Source of the DNA: Longimicrobiales bacterium | GTDB taxonomy: Bacteria; Gemmatimonadota; Gemmatimonadetes; Longimicrobiales; Gaopeijiaceae | Direction of reading: 5' to 3' | DNA length: 64,000 bases | NCBI GenBank assembly: GCA_965202805.1 | Contig: OZ241869.1 | Coordinates: 256,001 to 320,000 of the forward strand | In this document: positions 20,369 through 29,429 of the stretch, piece by piece | Numbering within the stretch: the first letter of the stretch is position 1 | How the letters are laid out: each line of letters starts with the position of its first letter | Notes under the pieces: model-generated | The model's database searches: none | Told to the model about the DNA's origin: nothing | What the model saw: only the letters and a program-made list of their open reading frames with translations | Made by a program: the position numbers and the translations under genes

Positions 20369-21791
20369 GGCGCCTCCGCGGGATGGCGGGAAGTCCCCCC
20401 TTGCACGCGTAGACCGCCTTCGAGTCCACCTCGGCCGGCTCGCTCGAGACGGCCTCCAGTCTCCAGCGGCGGGCGATGGTGGCCATCACCAGGACGGCCT
20501 CCATGGTCGCAAAACCCCAGGCGATGCAGATGCGCGGACCGTAGCCGAAGGGAAGGAAGGCGTGCCGAGGGTGGCCGGGAGGCTCCTCCAGCCACCGTTC
20601 CGGTCTGAAATCCGATGGCCGCCGGAAGTGTCTCTCGTTCCAGTGGACCACGCGGATGCAGGGCTGCACGACCGTGCCCCTGCGGATCCGGTAGCCGCCG
20701 ATCTCGCAGTCCTCCAGCGCCTCCCGTCCGACGAAGTAGATGGGCGGGGCGATGCGAAGGGCCTCGTTGAAGACGGCTTTCGTGTACGGCAGCTTCGGGT
20801 AGTCTTCCGGCGTCAGCGGCCGGTCGTGCGCGATCTGGTCCACTTCCCGTTCGATCGCGTCGCGCACGCGGGGGTGCCGCATGACGTAGTAGAGGCACCA
20901 CGTCATCGCCGCCGCCGATGTCTCGTGACCGGCCATCAGCAGGATCAGCGCCTCGTCCCGGATCTCGTCGTCGGTGAAGGGGCGCTCGATCCCCTCCTCG
21001 TCCTCCGCCGTCACCAGCAGCGAGACCAGGTCGGCGCGTTCCCGGGAAGGATCCCTCGCCCGGCGAATGACCTCGAAGATCACCTCGTCCATGTCCTTCC
21101 AGGCCCGCCTGGCGCGCAGGTTCGCGGGCAGGGGCAGCCGCCGCAGAAGGTTCGTGCAGGGCAGGATTCCCAGCGCGAAGTCCCAGGTCATGGCATCCAC
21201 AACCGCCTTGCCCACCTTCGGATCCACCCGCATGTCACGTCCGAAGAAGCACGCGACGGCAACGGCGATCGCGATCCGGTGTACCTCGCGGGCGGCGTCG
21301 AGCGGGTGACCGTCGCGCCAGCGTTCCTGCACCTGCCGGGCCTTTTCCAGCATCAGGCCCGCGTATTCGTCCATCCCTTTCTTGCCGAACGATGGCTGGA
21401 CGAGCTTGCGCCGCCGCTGGTGATCGGTGCCGTCACCCGTCAGCAGGGTGGGGTTCCGGACGGGGCGGATGTCCTTGTAGGCAAAGGTCTTCGCGAAGGA
21501 ATGACGCTTCGCCACGAGGATCTCCCGAATCAGGTAGGGATCGAACACCGCGCAGAATCGCCGCGAGAGCAGCCTGTACGACGCGATCGCGCCGTACCGG
21601 GCGTGAAGGGATTCGAGCAACCCGGGGAAATTGCGGATGCGGGCCCAGAGGTGGCGGATGCGGCGCCCGCTGGGCCCCGGGGGCGAAGGCAGCGAGCCGG
21701 ATCGAGCCGGAGTTCGATCTGTCACATCAGCCAGGAGCATCCTGAAGGCATTCATCCGCCCGATGTTACCTTTGCGTCGGGATCGCATCAC
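20355..21791 (-). CDS. Cytochrome P450 (first in operon)
   Basis: AGHET, EALR, FRPERW, heme motif LPFGYGPRICIA. Confidence 0.95.
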   Translation of the reverse strand: MMRSRRKGNIGRMNAFRMLLADVTDRTPARSGSLPSPPGPSGRRIRHLWARIRNFPGLLESLHARYGAIASYRLLSRRFCAVFDPYLIREILVAKRHSFAKTFAYKDIRPVRNPTLLTGDGTDHQRRRKLVQPSFGKKGMDEYAGLMLEKARQVQERWRDGHPLDAAREVHRIAIAVAVACFFGRDMRVDPKVGKAVVDAMTWDFALGILPCTNLLRRLPLPANLRARRAWKDMDEVIFEVIRRARDPSRERADLVSLLVTAEDEEGIERPFTDDEIRDEALILLMAGHETSAAAMTWCLYYVMRHPRVRDAIEREVDQIAHDRPLTPEDYPKLPYTKAVFNEALRIAPPIYFVGREALEDCEIGGYRIRRGTVVQPCIRVVHWNERHFRRPSDFRPERWLEEPPGHPRHAFLPFGYGPRICIAWGFATMEAVLVMATIARRWRLEAVSSEPAEVDSKAVYACKGGLPAIPRRRRGGR

Positions 21792-21893
21792 GGTTCCTCA
21801 ACCGGTTCAACCTCGCAATCGGGTTGGAATTCGCAGCTTGGTCCTACTGTAAGATGAGCCTGAAAACGGTCGGGCGGGCAAGTCCGATTCTTG

Positions 21894-21922
21894 TTGACAC
21901 CCGGCGACCGGGCAATCAGTTT
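21894..21922 (+). promoter_or_regulatory. Possible sigma70 promoter for the STAS genes
   Basis: Perfect TTGACA, 17-nt spacer, weak -10 CAGTTT, in the divergent intergenic region. Confidence 0.4.
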
Positions 21923-21981
21923 CTGTCGGTGTCGTTGCTTTCTCGGTCCAAGTGAATGGCTCACCACTTGGGAGCACGGTC

Positions 21982-22644
21982 ATGAGTATACAGGTAGGCT
22001 TTTCCCGGAAAGCAGGAGTCCTGATCGCTTCGCCGGCGGGTCGCGTCGACAGCGCAAACAGCCGGACATTTCGCGAAGCGCTGGAGGCCGGCATCCCGTC
22101 CGGAGAACGAGCTCTGCTCCTGGATCTGGGGCGGCTCACCTACATGAGCAGCGCCGGTCTGCGCGTCCTGCTGATGGTTGCAAGAAGATTCCAGGGACCC
22201 GACAACGCGATCGGCGTATGCAGCCTCTCGGCGATGCTGCACTCGATCATTTCGTTGACCGGCTTCGACAAGATCATGCCGGTCTACGAGACCATGGACG
22301 ATGCCCTGCGGTCGATCTCCGAAGAGGAGGACGCGGGTGCCGTCTACGCCGCCGTCCGGGAGCCGAGATCGCAGGAGGAGCTTCTGGGACAGCTTCCGAA
22401 CTCGCTCGACATGAACACCCTGGGAGAGAACATCACCGACATCGCCGAGTTCACGATCGAGAAGCACGAGTTCACCCACGACCGCCTCGACCCGGATGTG
22501 CGCGATCAGGCGCTTTCCGCGATCAAGGGCACACTCTGGGAGTTCGTCGAGGATCAGATGAAGCGCCGCCACGAGATCCTTACGCAGATGTTCGCGAGCG
22601 CGGCGGCGACGTTCGGCGAGGTGATGAAGGGGAACGCCCGCTGA
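21982..22644 (+). CDS. STAS-domain anti-sigma factor antagonist with C-terminal helical extension
   Basis: GRVDSANS, LLLDLGRLTYMSSAGLRVLL, LTGFDKI; about 110 extra acidic/helical residues. Confidence 0.88.
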   Translation: MSIQVGFSRKAGVLIASPAGRVDSANSRTFREALEAGIPSGERALLLDLGRLTYMSSAGLRVLLMVARRFQGPDNAIGVCSLSAMLHSIISLTGFDKIMPVYETMDDALRSISEEEDAGAVYAAVREPRSQEELLGQLPNSLDMNTLGENITDIAEFTIEKHEFTHDRLDPDVRDQALSAIKGTLWEFVEDQMKRRHEILTQMFASAAATFGEVMKGNAR

Positions 22645-22747
22645 GCGGGATCCGCGGAAGGACCGGGGCGTCTGCGCCACCGCAGCGGGCCGGGGCCCAT
22701 ACCGGCAACGGGTCCGCTTCCGCCTCATCGGCACCGTGAGGGAATCC

Positions 22748-23197
22748 ATGGATTTGCAGGTTGGCTGGGAGAGAGTGGCCGGTGTGCTGATTGCGTCGCC
22801 CGCGGGGCGGGTCGACAGCGTGAACAGCGCGGACTTCCGTGCGGCCATGGAGTCGGGAATCCCGCAGGGGGAAAGGGCCCTGCTGCTTGATCTGCAGGAT
22901 CTTTCCTACATGAGCAGCGCGGGGCTGAGCGTCATTCTGATGGTCGCCAGAAAGTTCAGTCAGGCCGACCAGACGATTGCCATGTGCGGACTGTCGGGAC
23001 CGATCCGCTCGGTCGTGTCCCTGAGCGGCTTCGACAAGATCATCCCGGTCCACGAGTCCCGTGCCGCGGCCCTCGAGGCGTTTCCCGCGGTCGATGAGAC
23101 CGATGCCGGCCAAATCGATGCCGAGGCGGCGCGGCCCGCTCCGGACGAGAGTCGATCGGATCGTCCGTCGTGGTCCTTCAAGAGGCACTCGATGTGA
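22748..23197 (+). CDS. STAS-domain anti-sigma factor antagonist
   Basis: GRVDSVNS, LDLQDLSYMSSAGL, LSGFDKII; paralog of the upstream gene. Confidence 0.9.
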   Translation: MDLQVGWERVAGVLIASPAGRVDSVNSADFRAAMESGIPQGERALLLDLQDLSYMSSAGLSVILMVARKFSQADQTIAMCGLSGPIRSVVSLSGFDKIIPVHESRAAALEAFPAVDETDAGQIDAEAARPAPDESRSDRPSWSFKRHSM

Positions 23198-23294
23198 GCG
23201 TCGGGGAGTTGTGAAGTAGTCCTCGGTGAACGACATTCGCTGGCATGCGCCCGCGCGCCCCATGGTGGCCCGTACCCGCAGCCGGGAGTCCCCG

Positions 23295-25319
23295 ATGCAC
23301 GAAGCCGTGAATCGCAGTCGCTGCAGCCCCCGTCGACCCCCCTCCCCCCGCCGCATCCTCCCCGCCGTGGTGATCTTCGCCGCCGGGGTGCTGGCAGGCC
23401 CGGCTGCGGCGCCGGCACTCGTTGCGCAGCAGGGGGCGGCCGGCGGCAACTGGCTCCACTACGGGGGTGACGCGGGGAGCACCAAGTACTCGCCGCTCGA
23501 CCAGATCACCGCGGACAACGTCGCCGACCTGGAGATCGCGTGGCGCTGGGAGTCGCGCAACTTCGGCGACCGGCCCGAGTTCAACTACCGGGTAACCCCC
23601 CTCGCGGTGAACGGCACCCTGTACGTCACCGCGGGCTACCGGCGGGCGGTGGTCGCCATCGACGGCGCCACCGGCGAGACCATGTGGATGTACCGCATGG
23701 ACGAAGGGGTGCGCGCCGAGACCGCGCCGCGCGCCAACTCCGGCCGCGGGGTCGCGTACTGGACAGACGGCCAGGCGGAGCGCGTCCTCGTGATCACCCC
23801 GGCCTACCACATGGTCTCGCTGGATGCGAGGACCGGACGGCCGGACCCGGCCTTCGGCCAGGACGGGATCGTCGACCTGCGCAGGGACTTCGGGCCCCGC
23901 GAGGTCGACATCGACAACGACCCGCTGGGTTCGAGCTCCCCGCCGGTGATCGTGGGAGATGTGGCGGTGGTGGGGACGGCGCTGCCGTCCGGAAGCTCGC
24001 CCCCGAAGCCCGACATGCCGCCCGGCCACGTGCGCGGCTACGACGTGCGCACCGGCGAGCGTCTCTGGATCTTCCACACCATCCCCCAGGAGGGCGAATA
24101 CGGGAACGACACCTGGCTGGACGGGTCCTGGCGCTACACCGGCAACGCGGCCGTCTGGACGCCCTTCTCGGCGGACCTCGAGCGCGGCTACGTCTACCTG
24201 CCCATCGAAGCCCCGACGGGTGACTACTACGGCGGCCACCACCCCGGCAACAACCTCTTTTCCCAGAGCCTGGTGTGCCTCGACGCGCGTACCGGCGAGC
24301 GGGTGTGGCACTTCCAGATGGTCCATCACGGCATCTGGGACTACGACCCGCCCGCGCCTCCCATCCTGCTAGACATCACCGTGGACGGGCGCACCATCCC
24401 GGCGGTGGCGCAGGTCAGCAAGCAGGCGTTCACCTACGTCTTCGACCGCTACACGGGCGAGCCGGTCTGGCCCATCGAGGAGCGGCCGGTGGCGCTCAGC
24501 GAGGTGCCCGGCGAGTGGACCGCGCCCACCCAGCCGTTCCCTACCCGCCCCGCCCCCTTCGACCGCCAGGGGGTATCGGTGGACGACCTCATCGACTTCA
24601 CCCCGGAACTGCGCGCGGAAGCGCTGGACATGGTCTCCCGGCTGGTGATCGGGCCGCTCTACACCCCGCCCTCGGTCATCGACCTGGACGACCCGAACGG
24701 CACCCTGGGCACGCTGGTGCTGCCCGGGTCGCTGGGCGGAGCCAACTGGCCGGGCGGTGCGGTCGACGTGGAGACGGGCATCCTGTACGTCACCTCCGTC
24801 ACGTCGCCGTCGGTGCACGGCCTCATCAACGACCCGGAGATCTCCAGCATGGACTATATCTCCGGGCGCGCCTTCCGCCGGGTGCGCGGCGGCGGTCCGC
24901 AGGGGCTCCCGCTCATCAAGCCGCCCTGGGGGCGCATCACCGCCATCGACCTGAACACCGGCGACCATGTCTGGATGAGGCCCAACGGCGACACCCCCGA
25001 CTATGTGCGCGAGCACCCGGCACTGGCCGGGGTGGACATTCCCCCGACCGGGAAGCCCGACCGGGGCGGCACCATGGTGACCCGGACCCTGCTCTTCGCC
25101 GGGGAGGGGGGCGGGATGTTCGCGGCCTTCGGGTCGGGCGGCAACAGACTGCGCGCCCACGACAAGGCCACCGGCGAGATCGTGCACGAGTTCGAGCTCC
25201 CCGCCAACCAGACCGGGGTGCCGATGACCTACCTGGCCGACGGACGCCAGTTCATCGTGGTGGCGGTGGGCGACCGCGGCCACGCCGCCGAGCTGGTGGC
25301 GCTCGCGCTTCCGCGGTAG
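23295..25319 (+). CDS. PQQ-dependent dehydrogenase (glucose/quinate/shikimate-like, secreted)
   Basis: WLHYGGD...YSPLDQIT, WHFQMVHHGIWDYD, GGANWPG, PMTY..DGRQFIVVA. Start uncertain (23226-23295). Confidence 0.9.
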   Translation: MHEAVNRSRCSPRRPPSPRRILPAVVIFAAGVLAGPAAAPALVAQQGAAGGNWLHYGGDAGSTKYSPLDQITADNVADLEIAWRWESRNFGDRPEFNYRVTPLAVNGTLYVTAGYRRAVVAIDGATGETMWMYRMDEGVRAETAPRANSGRGVAYWTDGQAERVLVITPAYHMVSLDARTGRPDPAFGQDGIVDLRRDFGPREVDIDNDPLGSSSPPVIVGDVAVVGTALPSGSSPPKPDMPPGHVRGYDVRTGERLWIFHTIPQEGEYGNDTWLDGSWRYTGNAAVWTPFSADLERGYVYLPIEAPTGDYYGGHHPGNNLFSQSLVCLDARTGERVWHFQMVHHGIWDYDPPAPPILLDITVDGRTIPAVAQVSKQAFTYVFDRYTGEPVWPIEERPVALSEVPGEWTAPTQPFPTRPAPFDRQGVSVDDLIDFTPELRAEALDMVSRLVIGPLYTPPSVIDLDDPNGTLGTLVLPGSLGGANWPGGAVDVETGILYVTSVTSPSVHGLINDPEISSMDYISGRAFRRVRGGGPQGLPLIKPPWGRITAIDLNTGDHVWMRPNGDTPDYVREHPALAGVDIPPTGKPDRGGTMVTRTLLFAGEGGGMFAAFGSGGNRLRAHDKATGEIVHEFELPANQTGVPMTYLADGRQFIVVAVGDRGHAAELVALALPR

Positions 25320-25594
25320 GGTCCGCGCCTCAACGGCAGCGCACCGCGGCAGAGGAAGCCCGCATCGCCCGGGCGGCGTGCCTGCCACCGGTGCGGCGCG
25401 ATCCGTTCACGTGCCGCGCGCGGGTCCAACTCCCCCCGGGGCCGCCGCGACCTCACCATCTCGCCGACCCGGTGCAACCTTCCCGCCCGCCGCCGCGTCT
25501 GATGGTCTGATGGCGCGCGCCAGGGGCTCTCCGGAGTCCGGCCCGGCACGCGACATCCCGGACGACGACGAGTGGGGCAACGGAGGAGGATCGC

Positions 25595-26716
25595 ATGTTG
25601 AGGAAGAAGCGGAAGACGGGAAGCGGACGAACGAGAAGGATTGGCGCGGCATTCTGGACGGCCGGCCTGCTGCTCGCGCTGACGGCGCCGTCGGTGCTGG
25701 AGGCCCAGGAGCGCAACCGCCGCGGGCGGGGTGGCCCCGACCGCGGGCTGTTTCGCATTCAGGGCAATCTGACGTCCCGGGCGCTGCTCGGGATCCAGCT
25801 GAGCATGGGTTCGGCGGACACGGACGCGCAGGGCGCCGAGGTGCGGGGGGTCACCGAAAACGGCCCGGCCGACGAAGCGGGACTTCGGGAAGGTGACATC
25901 ATCACCTCGCTCGACGGTCACAGCCTGCTCGAACCCCTCGCCGACCCCGACCTGGAGGAGCGTGTCGATGCCGACCGGTCCGCGCCCGGTCAGCGGCTGC
26001 TGTTCCTGGCGCGTGAACTGGAGCCCGGCGAGGAAGTGGAGGTGGAGTACCTGCGCGACGGCACGGCGGCATCGGCAACCGTCGAGCCCCGCCCGGCCTG
26101 GATGGCCATGGGGTTCGACGCGGACCGGGTGGAGGAGGTGATGGACGAGGTGCGGGCGCGGATGGAAGAAGTGCGGGAACGCAGCCAGGAAGCCGGCGAA
26201 CGGGCGCGCGAGATGGCGGAGCAGATGCGTGAGCAGTGGGACGACTACGCCTGGTTCCCGGAGGGTGGCTCGGCGATCGCGGTGATGGGGCTGCGCGCAT
26301 CGCACGGCATCAGCCTGGTGACGCTGAACCCCGAGCTGGGCCGCTACTTCAACACCGAGGCGGGGGCCCTGGTCACGGAAGCCGACGAGGACAACCCGCT
26401 GGGTCTCGAGGGCGGCGACGTGGTTCTGGCCATCGACGGGCGCACCATAGACTCGGCGGGTGACGTGCGCCGCATCCTGCGCTCCTACGAGGAGGGCGAG
26501 GCCATGACGCTCACGATCATGCGCGATGGCGGCGAGATGCAGGTGAGCGGCTCGGTGGAGGATCAGGCGCGCCTGCGGCGGGGCGGGGTCGTGCGCGGGG
26601 CGCCCGCCGGCCCGCCGGGGCGAAGGATGTCGGTCCGGCGCAGCGCCCCCGGGCGCGGGGTGTCGTGGCGGACGTCGAACCGCGTCAGGCGGCCCTGGAG
26701 GGGCATGAGCCTGTAG
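25595..26716 (+). CDS. Secreted tandem PDZ-domain protein
   Basis: Signal peptide; GPADEAGLREGDIITSLDG and LGLEGGDVVLAIDG PDZ motifs separated by a coiled segment; no protease domain. Confidence 0.8.
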   Translation: MLRKKRKTGSGRTRRIGAAFWTAGLLLALTAPSVLEAQERNRRGRGGPDRGLFRIQGNLTSRALLGIQLSMGSADTDAQGAEVRGVTENGPADEAGLREGDIITSLDGHSLLEPLADPDLEERVDADRSAPGQRLLFLARELEPGEEVEVEYLRDGTAASATVEPRPAWMAMGFDADRVEEVMDEVRARMEEVRERSQEAGERAREMAEQMREQWDDYAWFPEGGSAIAVMGLRASHGISLVTLNPELGRYFNTEAGALVTEADEDNPLGLEGGDVVLAIDGRTIDSAGDVRRILRSYEEGEAMTLTIMRDGGEMQVSGSVEDQARLRRGGVVRGAPAGPPGRRMSVRRSAPGRGVSWRTSNRVRRPWRGMSL

Positions 26717-26911
26717 GCCTGCAACGGGGCGGAGGGGCGGCGAGGGGGGGATCGGCGCCGGGCGCGGAAGCGTTCCGGCGCCGGTTGCACTTGTGCGCGC
26801 GCGGTCCCTTGTCCAATCTGTAGGGGAGCAGTATCGAAGTATCTCCGTTTCGCGGCCGCGCTCCAGGGGCCGCGAGAGCCCGTCGCACCCCGGCAACCCC
26901 TACCTGTTATC

Positions 26912-28054
26912 GTGTCGGACAGGCAACCCCTAGGTGTTCTTCAGGTCCTCGGCAGCGGATCCGGATTCATCCGTCTGCGCAAGTTCGGCTACACCGCCTC
27001 GAAGCAGGACGTGTACGTCGGCCCCAAGGTCATCCGGCGCTTCGGACTGCGCACCGGAGACGAGATCGCCGGCGACGTCGGCAACCGGCCCCGCAACGGC
27101 AAGGCGCCCCCGCTCACGCGGGTCGTCACGGTCAACGGCGAGCCGCCCGATTCCCTGCGCGACCGCCCCGAGTTCACCCGCCTGAGCGCGCTCCACCCCA
27201 GGAACCAGCTCAAGCTCGAGTGCGAGATCATGCACCTCGGACAGCCCGACTTCACCAACCGCGTCATCGACCTCTTCTGCCCCTTCGGCAAGGGACAGCG
27301 GGCGATGATCGTGGCTCCGGCGAAGGCGGGGAAGACGACCATCCTCCAGCGCGTCGCACAGGGCGTCGTCGCCAACCATCCGGGCTGCCATCTCTTCATC
27401 CTGCTGGTCGACGAGCGTCCGGAAGAGATCACCGAGATGGAGATGTGCGGCTACGGCGAAGTCGTCGCTTCGAGCTTCGACTATCCGGCCGAACGCCACG
27501 TGGCCGTGGCCGAGATCACCATGGAGCGTGCACGCCGGCGGGTCGAGATGGGTCAGGACGTCGTGGTGATCCTGGACTCCATCACGCGCCTCGCCCGCGC
27601 CCACAACAACGTCGAGGAGGGGAGCGGACGCACGCTATCGGGCGGCCTGGACGCCAGCGTCATGGAAAAGCCGAAGCGGTTCCTGGGCAGCGCGCGCAAC
27701 ATCGGCGACGCACAGGGCGGAGGGTCGCTGACCATCGTCGCGACCGCGCTCGTGGACACCGGCTCGCGCATGGACCAGGTCATCTTCGAGGAGTTCAAGG
27801 GCACGGGCAACAGCGAACTGCTCCTCTCCCGCGAGTTGGCCGACCGGCGCATCTTCCCGGCCATCGACCTTGTGGCCTCCGCCACCCGGCGCGAGGAACT
27901 CCTGCTCTCACCCGAGGCGCTCACCCTCTCGCGGGCCTTCCGCCGCCAGCTGTCGCACAAGCCTCCCGCGGAAGCCATGAGCGAGCTGCTCGGCCTGATG
28001 GGCCGGACCCGGAGCAACGACGAGCTGCTGGAGATGGCGCGCCAGTTGAACTAG
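26912..28054 (+). CDS. rho: Transcription termination factor Rho (short form)
   Basis: LRTGD, GKGQRAMIVAPAKAGKT, DERPEE, LDSITRLARA, GRTLSGG, EEFKGTGNSEL, ATRREELL. Confidence 0.93.
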   Translation: MSDRQPLGVLQVLGSGSGFIRLRKFGYTASKQDVYVGPKVIRRFGLRTGDEIAGDVGNRPRNGKAPPLTRVVTVNGEPPDSLRDRPEFTRLSALHPRNQLKLECEIMHLGQPDFTNRVIDLFCPFGKGQRAMIVAPAKAGKTTILQRVAQGVVANHPGCHLFILLVDERPEEITEMEMCGYGEVVASSFDYPAERHVAVAEITMERARRRVEMGQDVVVILDSITRLARAHNNVEEGSGRTLSGGLDASVMEKPKRFLGSARNIGDAQGGGSLTIVATALVDTGSRMDQVIFEEFKGTGNSELLLSRELADRRIFPAIDLVASATRREELLLSPEALTLSRAFRRQLSHKPPAEAMSELLGLMGRTRSNDELLEMARQLN

Positions 28055-28124
28055 TCCCGGCCCGCGTCGCGATCCGGAATCGATCCCCGGCCGGCCGTTC
28101 AGACCCGCCGTTCAGACCCGGAGG

Positions 28125-28634
28125 TCAGGAGGAACTCGCCTCGCTCAGGCGTTCCAGCCCCACCTCCATCTCCCGTCCCTGCAGGCGATCCATGGCGCGC
28201 GCCACGTAGCCCAGGATGGGATTCCACCCGAAGTCGCCGGTCTCGCGCCAGGTCACCCGGGTGCCGTCCTCGAGCCGGTCCAGGGCGATGGTTCCCTCGG
28301 TAATCATCGACCCGTCCTCTACCTCAACCCGGTAGCGAACCCGCTCCGCGGCGACGCTCTCCACGATGGTGAAGACGCCGTCGCCGAACTCCGGATCGTC
28401 CCAGCTGCGGCCCGCGCCGACCCCGCTGGAAGGGCCGAAGCGCTCCGCGGCGGCTTCGGGCCAGTCGGTCCACGCATCCCAGAGCGACACGTCGTTGACG
28501 TAGGCGAACACCCGTTCCGGGACCGCGGGCATCTCCAGCGAGCGTTCGACCGCCCAGGTGCCGGGGAGGATGAGCCCGATGAGCAGCAGGGAGATGAAGA
28601 CCACCGCGAGGAAACTGAAGAATTTCACCGCCAT
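28125..28634 (-). CDS. SRPBCC/START-like family protein
   Basis: N-terminal TM, VERSLEMPAVPERVFAYVND..WDAW, GTRVTW, GLERL. Confidence 0.8.
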   Translation of the reverse strand: MAVKFFSFLAVVFISLLLIGLILPGTWAVERSLEMPAVPERVFAYVNDVSLWDAWTDWPEAAAERFGPSSGVGAGRSWDDPEFGDGVFTIVESVAAERVRYRVEVEDGSMITEGTIALDRLEDGTRVTWRETGDFGWNPILGYVARAMDRLQGREMEVGLERLSEASSS

Positions 28635-28667
28635 CGGGCGCTCCTGGGTGGGGAGGGGGATTCGCGG

Positions 28668-29429
28668 TCAGCGGGCATCGATGCGCCTCAGCACCGGCTC
28701 CAGGCTGGCCCAGACGGTCTCGGCGATGATCTCATGGCCGTCCACCGAGGGGTGGATCCCGTCGGCCTGGTTGAGCTCGCGGACGCCGCCCACGCCTTCG
28801 AGGAGGAAGGGGATGAGGGTGACCTCCGCTTCGCGGGCCACCTCGGGGAAGACGGCGCTGAAGCTTGCGGTGTAGCGCTCGCCCAGGTTGGGGGGCGCCT
28901 GCATGCCCGCCAGCAGGACTTCGACCTCCGCGTACCGGGCCCGGGTCCGGCGGATGACGGCGAGCAGGTTGTTGCGCAGGGCATCGACATCCAGTCCCCG
29001 CAGGCCATCGTTGGCCCCCAGTTCGATCACGAGCACGCGCACCGGCGTGCGCAGCAGCCACTCCAGCCGCCGCAGGCCCCCCGCGCTGGTGTCGCCGCCG
29101 ACGCCCGCGTTTACCACACGGAAAGGAAGTCCGGCCCGGTCGATGCGCGTCCGGACCCTCGCGGGAAAGGCGTGCTCCCGGGCGTTGCCCAGGCCGTAGC
29201 CTTCGGTGAGGCTCGTGCCCAGGAAGAGGACAACACCGCGCTCGGGCGAGGTGTCCGTCGTAGAGGTGGCGGACTGTGACGGGGCCGGCGAGGAGGACGA
29301 GGCGGCCTTCGTGGCGGCGTCCGTTGCCGCAACTTCCCCATCCGGCGAACGTAACGCTTCGGGGTCTTCTGCTCCCCCGCACGCGGGCAGGAACGTGAGC
29401 AGGCCGATTGCCGCGAGGCGTCTCCACAT
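28668..29429 (-). CDS. SGNH/GDSL arylesterase (TesA-like) lipoprotein
   Basis: Lipobox LPAC; GTSLTEGYG, NAGVGGDTS, ELGANDG, DGIHP blocks. Confidence 0.9.
   Translation of the reverse strand: MWRRLAAIGLLTFLPACGGAEDPEALRSPDGEVAATDAATKAASSSSPAPSQSATSTTDTSPERGVVLFLGTSLTEGYGLGNAREHAFPARVRTRIDRAGLPFRVVNAGVGGDTSAGGLRRLEWLLRTPVRVLVIELGANDGLRGLDVDALRNNLLAVIRRTRARYAEVEVLLAGMQAPPNLGERYTASFSAVFPEVAREAEVTLIPFLLEGVGGVRELNQADGIHPSVDGHEIIAETVWASLEPVLRRIDAR

Noticed and set aside
21792..21981. RiPP precursor for the P450s (biarylitide/atropopeptide style)
   Set aside because: No short ORF with an RBS and aromatic core motif found upstream of the operon on either strand; the P450s look like lipophilic-substrate enzymes.
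28094..28119. 13-bp direct repeat GCCGTTCAGACCC x2 as a target-site duplication
   Set aside because: The copies are adjacent with no element between them; simple slippage is sufficient.
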